This document shows positions 57,367 through 64,000 of a stretch of DNA of 64,000 bases, in pieces. Position 1 is the first letter of the stretch. Each line of letters starts with the position of its first letter. The notes below the pieces were generated by a model. It was not told where the DNA came from. It searched no databases and saw only the letters and a list, made by a program, of their open reading frames with translations. Source of the DNA: Thermoplasmatota archaeon (GTDB lineage Archaea > Thermoplasmatota > Penumbrarchaeia > Penumbrarchaeales > Penumbrarchaeaceae); contig JBLIRK010000007.1 of the NCBI GenBank assembly GCA_048569615.1, positions 1,174-65,173 on the forward strand, in the 5' to 3' direction. The position numbers and the translations under genes are program-made.

Positions 57367-59205
57367 TTATTCGGCATCCTCTGCATCGACGTCGATGTAG
57401 TCCTCGTCCGAATCCTTTGTCGTCGATGCCTGCTCTTCATCCGCGTCCATATCCGATCTCTTCGTTCCGGAGGCCTGCTGGTACATCTTGGCAAAGAGCT
57501 TCTGGGAGGCCTCGGAAAGCTCCTCGGTCTTCTCCTTCATATCCTCGACGTCGTCTCCCTTTGCTACCTCCTCCACCTCCTTGAGGAGCTTCTTGACCTC
57601 CTCGACCTCGTCGGGATCCAGCTTGTCCTTGTGGTCCTTGATTGCCCTCTCGGTGGCAAATACAAGCGATGTGGCGTTGTTCCTCGCCTCGGCAAGCTCC
57701 AGCTTCTTCTTGTCGTCGTCGGCAAACCTGTCGGCGTCCTCCATCATCCTCTCGATCTCGTCATCCGAGAGAGCTCCGGTACCTGATACGACGATGTTCT
57801 GGGAATTGCCGGTCGCCAGGTCCTTCGCCGTCACATGCACGATGCCGTTGGCATCTATCTCGAAGGTGACCTCGATCTGCGGAATGCCTCTCGGCGCCGG
57901 CGGGATACCGGTCAATGTGAATACGCCTAGTGTCTTGTTGTCCATCGCCATGGGACGCTCGCCCTGCAGAACATGTATCTCCACCTGCGGCTGGTTGTCC
58001 GAGGCCGTGGAGAAAATCTTCGATTTCTTGGTGGGTATCGTGGTATTCCTGTTGATAATCCTTGTCATCACCCCTCCCAGGGTCTCTATACCGAGGGAGA
58101 GCGGAGTAACGTCGAGGAGCACCATGTCCTTTCCAACCTCTCCGGACAGAACTCCAGCCTGGATGGCTGCCCCTATCGCGACGCATTCGTCAGGATTGAT
58201 GTTCTTGGTCGGGTCCTTCTTCATTATCTCTTTGATCTTGGACTGGACCATTGGAACCCTGGTGGACCCCCCCACCAGGAGGATCTTGTCTATGTCCTTG
58301 GGATCGAGCTTGGCATCCTTCATGGCCTGCTTCACGGGTTTGATGGTTTTCTCCACGAGATCGCTAATCAGCGTCTCGAACTGGGACCTGGATAGCTCGA
58401 TATCAACATGCAGCGGTCCATCGTCGCTCTGGGCTATGAAGGGGATGCTGATCTGTGTGGTTGGCGTGCCGGAAAGCTCGATCTTGGCCTTCTCCGAAGC
58501 ATCCTTGAGCCTCTGGACCGCCTGCTTGTCCTTGAGCAGGTCCACCCCGTGGTCCTTCTTGAAATCATCGGCGATCCATTCCATGACCCTCCTGTCGAAA
58601 TCGTCGCCACCGAGGTGGTTGTTCCCCGATGTCGCCTTGACCTGGAAGACGCCGTCGCCGATCTGAAGTATGGATACGTCGAAGGTACCTCCGCCCAGGT
58701 CGTAGACCAGGATGGTCATGTCCCCTTCCTTGTCCAGGCCGTAGGCGAGTGCGGATGCCGTGGGCTCGTTGATGATCCTCTTGACCTCGAGCCCTGCGAT
58801 CTTGCCTGCATCCTTCGTTGCCTGGCGCTGGGCATCCTCGAAATAGGCAGGAACGGTGATCACCGCCTCGGTGACCTTCTCTCCGAGATAGGCCTCCGCA
58901 TCCTCCTTGAGCTTCTGGAGGACCATGGCGGATATCTCCTGGGGAGTGTACTTCTTTCCGGCCATCGCCACCTTGGTCTTCTGGCCCATCTTCCTCTTGA
59001 TGGAAGCTATCGTGTTCTCCGGATTGGCAACAGCCTGCCTCTTGGCAAGCTCGCCTACCAGCCTGTCGCCCTTCTTCGTGATCCCGACCACAGACGGGGT
59101 GGTCCTGGCTCCTTCCTTGTTCGGTATGACCACCGGCTGACCGCCCTCCATGACGGCAACAACCGAGTTCGTCGTTCCGAGATCTATTCCAATTACTTTT
59201 CCCAT
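57367..59205 (-). CDS. dnaK: Chaperone DnaK (Hsp70)
   Basis: [55 protein letters not shown]; lacks the proteobacterial N-terminal insertion. Confidence 0.99.
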   Translation of the reverse strand: MGKVIGIDLGTTNSVVAVMEGGQPVVIPNKEGARTTPSVVGITKKGDRLVGELAKRQAVANPENTIASIKRKMGQKTKVAMAGKKYTPQEISAMVLQKLKEDAEAYLGEKVTEAVITVPAYFEDAQRQATKDAGKIAGLEVKRIINEPTASALAYGLDKEGDMTILVYDLGGGTFDVSILQIGDGVFQVKATSGNNHLGGDDFDRRVMEWIADDFKKDHGVDLLKDKQAVQRLKDASEKAKIELSGTPTTQISIPFIAQSDDGPLHVDIELSRSQFETLISDLVEKTIKPVKQAMKDAKLDPKDIDKILLVGGSTRVPMVQSKIKEIMKKDPTKNINPDECVAIGAAIQAGVLSGEVGKDMVLLDVTPLSLGIETLGGVMTRIINRNTTIPTKKSKIFSTASDNQPQVEIHVLQGERPMAMDNKTLGVFTLTGIPPAPRGIPQIEVTFEIDANGIVHVTAKDLATGNSQNIVVSGTGALSDDEIERMMEDADRFADDDKKKLELAEARNNATSLVFATERAIKDHKDKLDPDEVEEVKKLLKEVEEVAKGDDVEDMKEKTEELSEASQKLFAKMYQQASGTKRSDMDADEEQASTTKDSDEDYIDVDAEDAE

Positions 59206-59224
59206 TCATATCACCTCGTTACCG

Positions 59225-60106
59225 TTATTTCTTCTTCCTGCCGCCGTCTTTGGTATTACTTTCAACAGGCGGTTTCTTGTTGACTATGACCTGGGAAGGC
59301 CTGACGGCTTTTCCCTTGTAGATGTACCCCTTTCTGATCTCCTCCGCCACCATATCATCCTCGAGATCGCTCCTCTCCACGAAGCCTACCGCTTCGTGAT
59401 ATTCGGGATCGAAGGGCTGGCCCTTCGAGGTTATCGGAGAGATGCCTATCCGGTTGAACATGTTCTTTACCTGGAGCTCCACCATCTCGATGCCCTTGAG
59501 GATCGACCCATGATTGGTCTCGGACCCGACGGGTCCTTTTATCGATCCCTTTGCGTATGAGAAGGTATCCAGCACTTCGATGAGGCCAAGGGCGACCTCC
59601 TGGATCCTGGTGTCAGCCAGGGCCTCCTTCTCCTCCTCGTGCCTCCTCTTGATGTTTCTGAAATCCCTCTGGAGCAGGTGGACCCTGTCCTCCAGCGAGG
59701 ACCTCTCGACCGATACCCTGGAAAGTTCGGCCTTCATCCTCTCCAGCTCCTGCTCCATGGATTCGAGAGATATCGACATCTGGGCCTCCTCGACGGGGCC
59801 TGCCTTCTCATCCACTGGGGAGCCGGCCTCCGGATCCCTCTTTCTTAGGATCACTTCAAGAACTCCCTGGGAAAAGGTGACGGATATCCTGTCAGGGTCA
59901 GGTTCGAAGGGGAGCGCCTGTATCGTGCTGAACTTCCCGCGGCTGCCGTCGGCATCCAGCTTGAGTATGTCGCCGGAAACCGCCATCCTGATGGCATCCT
60001 GTGGCACTCCGGGTAGTTCGACGGTCAGCCTGACGCCTCCGTCTAGCTCCGAAATGTCAGAAAGGGGCTCCCTCGTGTTCTTGTCCTCTCCTGGCATCTT
60101 TATCAT
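59225..60106 (-). CDS. grpE: Nucleotide exchange factor GrpE with N-terminal HSP20/alpha-crystallin-like domain
   Basis: Residues about 12-90: EPLSDI..LTVELPGV..LP..DPD..FSQGVLEVILRK (HSP20-like). C-terminal DFRNIKRR..VLDTF..FDPEYHEAV..KGY..AVRPSQV (GrpE). First gene of grpE-dnaK-dnaJ. Confidence 0.88.
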   Translation of the reverse strand: MIKMPGEDKNTREPLSDISELDGGVRLTVELPGVPQDAIRMAVSGDILKLDADGSRGKFSTIQALPFEPDPDRISVTFSQGVLEVILRKRDPEAGSPVDEKAGPVEEAQMSISLESMEQELERMKAELSRVSVERSSLEDRVHLLQRDFRNIKRRHEEEKEALADTRIQEVALGLIEVLDTFSYAKGSIKGPVGSETNHGSILKGIEMVELQVKNMFNRIGISPITSKGQPFDPEYHEAVGFVERSDLEDDMVAEEIRKGYIYKGKAVRPSQVIVNKKPPVESNTKDGGRKKK

Positions 60107-60223
60107 CTTCCTCTATACAACCTTAAGTTGTTATCTTCTTGTGTAGATAAATGCGAGGTAGTATTTATAATTTGGTCATTGACCGGTAGAAATCCAATTA
60201 TAAACGCTTGCATCTGAAGGGTC

Positions 60224-60400
60224 ATGGCCTCGGTGCCCTGGATAGTATATGTTCTCCTGCTGATGACGGCCATAGTGTCAGCGGTGATGACCCGGATAGC
60301 CAGGGATGGGTGGAGAAGCAGGGGGTGGACGTGGTTCTTCGCCCTGCTGGGTTCCGGATCCGTGCTGGCTCTCATGATCATCGTGTTCCTGAGCGGATGA
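60224..60400 (+). CDS. Small two-TM protein (58 aa), below the ORF-track cutoff
   Basis: Translated by hand: MASVPWIVYVLLLMTAIVSAVMTRIARDGWRSRGWTWFFALLGSGSVLALMIIVFLSG; TTATAAA at 60198-60204; its stop overlaps the next ATG (ATGA). Confidence 0.7.
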   Translation: MASVPWIVYVLLLMTAIVSAVMTRIARDGWRSRGWTWFFALLGSGSVLALMIIVFLSG

Positions 60401-60843
60401 AAATGACAGGCAAGGACAAGATTCTGGACAGCCCCGCTGCAAAGGGGCCGGACCCTCGATATATTTTCCCGATCAGGTCCGAGGTCGATTGGACCTATAG
60501 GGAAAGCTTGATCGTACTGGAATACCCCAAGAACTTCAACCGGATGGAGAGAGCCCTGAACAAGGTCCTGAAGGGTCCCGAGAACATCAAGCGCCCCCTA
60601 GATAATGTGGGCACACTCCTATGGGAACTGAGCGACGGCGACCACAGCCTGCTCGAGATCTACATCAGGGAGCAGGAAAGGTTCCACGAGAGGGTCGAGC
60701 CGGTGGACAAGGTCGTGGGGGGCCTTCTGGAGACCATGCTGAAGCTCGGGCTGATGCGGCTTGAATACCACCCAGAAGGACAAAAGCGAAGCGGAGAGAG
60801 GAGGAGGGGTAAAAAAGTGGTGGTCCGTGCACTGGAGAAGTAG
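60397..60843 (+). CDS. PqqD-like (RRE-fold) protein
   Basis: IKRPLDNVGTLLWELSDGDHSLLEI..ERFHERVE..VGGLLETMLKLGLM; real start is ATG 60397. Confidence 0.7.
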   Translation: MKMTGKDKILDSPAAKGPDPRYIFPIRSEVDWTYRESLIVLEYPKNFNRMERALNKVLKGPENIKRPLDNVGTLLWELSDGDHSLLEIYIREQERFHERVEPVDKVVGGLLETMLKLGLMRLEYHPEGQKRSGERRRGKKVVVRALEK

Positions 60844-60954
60844 GAGCGGACCTTGTCATGGTCCGACGACAATGTTTTTATTTCCAGGAACATAATGGGG
60901 TCCAGAGTACCTGCTGTACGGGGAGCTCCCCGCAACGCGGCAATAGGTGATAAA

Positions 60955-63900
60955 ATGGACGGAAACTCTGGCCAATGGCGGAAGCTTCTAATGGGCATGC
61001 TGGTCCTGTCGCTGGTGGCTCCCCTTTCGGGGCAGACGGTATCGGGAGCGGCCAAGCTTCCGGAGGGCTACGACGGGGTATCGTACAGGGACATGACACC
61101 CATAGACAAGGTCGTCCTCATATCCCATGACAGGGACGGTATAAACGATGATTTCGCTTATCTTGCGGAGGTTCCGGCCTCGGTCTTCCATTCCAGGTCC
61201 GATCAGAGGGTCCTGATGAACCCGGTCCTGTTCTACGAGCCCCCAAGGGAGACCTCGGACGAGGAGAGGGTCCAGAACACGTATCCGGCAGTGAGCTACT
61301 TCATGGAGGATATGATGACGATCTCCGACGGAGAGCTGGACAAGATGGAGCTTGTTGGATTCGAGGGTTCCATACCCGGCGACGTGGGTTCCAGATGGAC
61401 AGCTTCAAAGGTATCCTATCTGGATGCAGGCGATCCTTTCTCGATGGCAAGCCGGATCGCTCTGGAGAACTGGGAATACTCCAACGAGGCGGTCCTTGCC
61501 GTCATTGACCATGATCCGAAGGAACTCGATGAGATGTACAACGGCCAGTTAAAGGGAGCGACCCCGGACTCCTCACCCAGGTCCGGCTCCATGAGCGGGA
61601 CCAAGGAACCCTCTCCTGTAAATCCCAACACGCATCCCTTCACAATCGATCCCGATTACAAGTTCATCACTTCCCAGCTCACCTGGGGGCAGTCATGGAA
61701 TCCCCTTTCGGAACTTACAGAGAGGGGGAAGGACCCGGACCTGCAGCTCTACGACATGCAGCTGGGAATGGTCGGGGCAAGCGAGAAATGGAATGTCCTG
61801 GAGGGGGCCTCCGAGGAGATCAGCTCCTACATCTACAACTCCGGGGAATGGGAGTTCGCGGTGAGCTACATGCCCACGGAGAATTCCCTGGTCCATTCCG
61901 ACGAACCAGACAGCTGGTCCTCGGTGCCGCTCCCCTCCGAGGCAACACCCACCCAGAGAGATGAGTGGCGAAAGACCAGGATCAGGGATGTTATGGAGCA
62001 GAGGGCGGAGGAGGGGCTTCAACCCGATGCGCCCTTCGGATCCGAGGTGGAGTACGTTATCGACTACACGCTGTATCCTGGCACCGATGTTCCGGAGAGG
62101 GTCGCAACTCCGTTCTACTGCAGGGAGGCGAAATTCACCCTGGAATGGGACGATGCAAGTGTTGACCTCGGATTGATCCTCAGGGGTCCTGAAGGAGCGG
62201 AGATCGCAACTGCCACGGGAGCGACCTCCGGCAATACACAGGTCCTGGAGGTTTCTGAGCTCGGACAGGGCGAATACCAGGTCTCCGTGGTGAAGCTCGC
62301 AGGTAGCTCCGGGGCCACGCAGTTCACCGTCGATTACGAGTTCAAGCAGAAGAAGGATTACCGGGAGGGTACCAGCTGGGCCGGTGCGGCCAACGGGGCT
62401 GTCATTGCCGCTGCCATCAACGCTCCGCTCCTTTATACTTCAACAAAAGACCTGGGCCGGAGCACGGGGGATGCAATGAACACCCTTGGAGTGAAGAAGG
62501 TCTACGTTGTGGATATCGACAGCCATGCCTCCTCCAAGGTCTACGACGGTATTGACGACCTAAGGGGATTCATCATGCCGGACATCGAAGTGGAGAAGCT
62601 CGAAACCTTCGATGATGTGTATTCAATGGTCAAGGATACGACCATGAAGAACAATGCGGCCACAGGGGATATCGTATTTACCACCATAAATCCGTGGACC
62701 TCATGGAACGTGCTCCTGGGCAGGGACGCCTCCGGAAATCCAAGGGAGGAGGAGCCGGGAGCATTGTTCGTTGGCCCTGCCGCCCTCGCAGCCGCATACC
62801 ACGGGGCTCCCGTCTTCATCACGGACGTCCACAGTGAGCTCTCCTGCGCCCAGGCATGGCACAACGAGTTCTGGGTATATGCCTACCACCATGGCAGAGC
62901 GCCTCCGTCAGTGGCCTGCATGGTGCTGACGGCCAAGGATACGTACAAGGTCCTTAACAGATACGGCTTCGACAAGAAGGCGCCGGTGAACGAGGAGGGG
63001 AAGGCGAAGGAGTCCATCATCACCGTTGCGGACCAGTTCGACATAGGATCTTCATGGGACAGGGGGCTGGTTGGAGGTGCGGATTCTGGCAGGATCATGG
63101 GCACGCCCGTGGACACCGCCGTGTGGATCTCCCGCAACGGCTTATACCCAAAGGTCATATATGCCAATCCGGCGGTGGATCCGTCCCTGGACGAGACCGG
63201 TGGAATGAGGATCCAGGGATCCGAATCCACCCGGGGGCTCTCCGGACGCCTGATAATCGAGACCGAAGAGAGAGAGGAGAAGGTGGACTTCCCCGTTGTG
63301 CAATCATGGGTCTCCTATCAATACAAGTTCAACGAGCAGGCCTCGGAATACTGGGGCTGCGAATACACCACAAGGACCGGGATCACCCCCTATTTTGACA
63401 TGTCCGATGCATCCTCCGATCCCGACGGTATAGATCCCGAGGGCAGATATCCTGACCTTGACTCGTCCGAGATCATCCCCCACTACCTGGACAAGTGTGG
63501 ATACGGCAATGTCTTCTCAACGACCTTCGAGAAGACCACCGAGAACCTGAACCGCGGGGCCATCATGTGGCTTGAAGTGATGCACGGAGGGCATACTTAT
63601 TCCGGCGTCGTGGGTTGGTGGGACGAGAGGGGAGCCCAGGAGGAGAATCCCTGGAGGGGATACGAGGAGACCGGGATACCAACAGGGACCGACACCATGA
63701 GGCTCCGGGGAGCCACCGACGATCCGGATGTTGTCACCATGTCGAAACACGTAGGCCTGGACATCGTTCCGGGAACGGGGAGCGGCCCCCTCGGCATTCT
63801 CCCGGAGAGGCACGACGGCGTTATCATCGCCATCGCCCAGCAGGGCCAGACCGAGTACAGCGAGACCGGGCTTGTCATGGACGAGCACTTCGAGAACCTG

Positions 63901-64000
63901 CATTCCATCGGCTTCTCGGCCGGCAGCTGCCTCATAGCCAACACCTATCTTCATCTGATGATGGTAAGGCACGGCTCGATCTTCCAGGTCATTGACCCAT
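60955..64000 (+). CDS. Large secreted protein, 3'-partial (>1000 aa): cell-wall-binding-2-like motifs, PPC-like domains, putative gingipain-like (clan CD/C25) peptidase domain
   Basis: Not in the ORF track because it has no stop in the window. Frame read by hand and open from ATG 60955 (AGGTGA RBS) to 64000. Signal peptide; GAVIAAAINAPLLYT; ENLNRGAIMWLEVMHGG (His 63583-85); ENLHSIGFSAGSC (Cys 63928-30). Confidence 0.8.
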   Translation, partial: MDGNSGQWRKLLMGMLVLSLVAPLSGQTVSGAAKLPEGYDGVSYRDMTPIDKVVLISHDRDGINDDFAYLAEVPASVFHSRSDQRVLMNPVLFYEPPRETSDEERVQNTYPAVSYFMEDMMTISDGELDKMELVGFEGSIPGDVGSRWTASKVSYLDAGDPFSMASRIALENWEYSNEAVLAVIDHDPKELDEMYNGQLKGATPDSSPRSGSMSGTKEPSPVNPNTHPFTIDPDYKFITSQLTWGQSWNPLSELTERGKDPDLQLYDMQLGMVGASEKWNVLEGASEEISSYIYNSGEWEFAVSYMPTENSLVHSDEPDSWSSVPLPSEATPTQRDEWRKTRIRDVMEQRAEEGLQPDAPFGSEVEYVIDYTLYPGTDVPERVATPFYCREAKFTLEWDDASVDLGLILRGPEGAEIATATGATSGNTQVLEVSELGQGEYQVSVVKLAGSSGATQFTVDYEFKQKKDYREGTSWAGAANGAVIAAAINAPLLYTSTKDLGRSTGDAMNTLGVKKVYVVDIDSHASSKVYDGIDDLRGFIMPDIEVEKLETFDDVYSMVKDTTMKNNAATGDIVFTTINPWTSWNVLLGRDASGNPREEEPGALFVGPAALAAAYHGAPVFITDVHSELSCAQAWHNEFWVYAYHHGRAPPSVACMVLTAKDTYKVLNRYGFDKKAPVNEEGKAKESIITVADQFDIGSSWDRGLVGGADSGRIMGTPVDTAVWISRNGLYPKVIYANPAVDPSLDETGGMRIQGSESTRGLSGRLIIETEEREEKVDFPVVQSWVSYQYKFNEQASEYWGCEYTTRTGITPYFDMSDASSDPDGIDPEGRYPDLDSSEIIPHYLDKCGYGNVFSTTFEKTTENLNRGAIMWLEVMHGGHTYSGVVGWWDERGAQEENPWRGYEETGIPTGTDTMRLRGATDDPDVVTMSKHVGLDIVPGTGSGPLGILPERHDGVIIAIAQQGQTEYSETGLVMDEHFENLHSIGFSAGSCLIANTYLHLMMVRHGSIFQVIDP

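Noticed and set aside
56289-57584. 431-aa plus-strand ORF
   Set aside because: Antisense shadow of dnaJ.
57488-59283. Long plus-strand ORFs (57488..58666, 58408..59283) opposite dnaK, resembling the so-called NAD-specific glutamate dehydrogenase
   Set aside because: This is the known spurious antisense frame of hsp70 genes, produced by codon bias; no RBS or independent motifs.
60107-60223. CIRCE/HrcA heat-shock operator upstream of grpE
   Set aside because: No TTAGCACTC-N9-GAGTGCTAA and no hrcA; only a weak 5-bp IR (ACAAC-N5-GTTGT, 60117-60131) that could be chance.

Overview
Archaeal chromosomal segment, most consistent with a Thermoplasmatota-like lineage (inference from RPA plus RPA-associated OB-fold pair, DUF531, UPF0147, DUF211, PAC2, bacterial-type grpE-dnaK-dnaJ, GGAGG/GGTGA ribosome-binding sites and TATA-like promoters). 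Housekeeping genes: pyrG, rlmE, rpa/rpap, dcd/dUTPase, ThiI-like, ribA, Rib7-type reductase, P-type IIA ATPase, tRNA-Arg(TCG), grpE-dnaK-dnaJ. They are mixed with many very large secreted or membrane-anchored proteins: four paralogous beta-helix proteins, a PKD/TSP3 protein, a 2064-aa Ig-repeat protein, and a >1000-aa gingipain-like ORF that runs off the window end and is missing from the ORF track. Main highlight, an apparently extended Hsp70 system: two tandem type-I surface proteins carry intact cytoplasmic HPD J-domains, the GrpE is fused to an N-terminal HSP20-like domain, and a FICD-like class II Fic protein lies just downstream of the surface-protein array. Other oddities: a structured tRNA-like, CCA-ending element and a tRNA 5' half-copy flanking tRNA-Arg; an RHH plus AT-hook protein beside a 90% AT intergenic region; several apparent pseudo-enzymes. 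No rRNA, CRISPR array, integrase or transposase was seen. All domain calls are by-eye motif recognition, not database searches.
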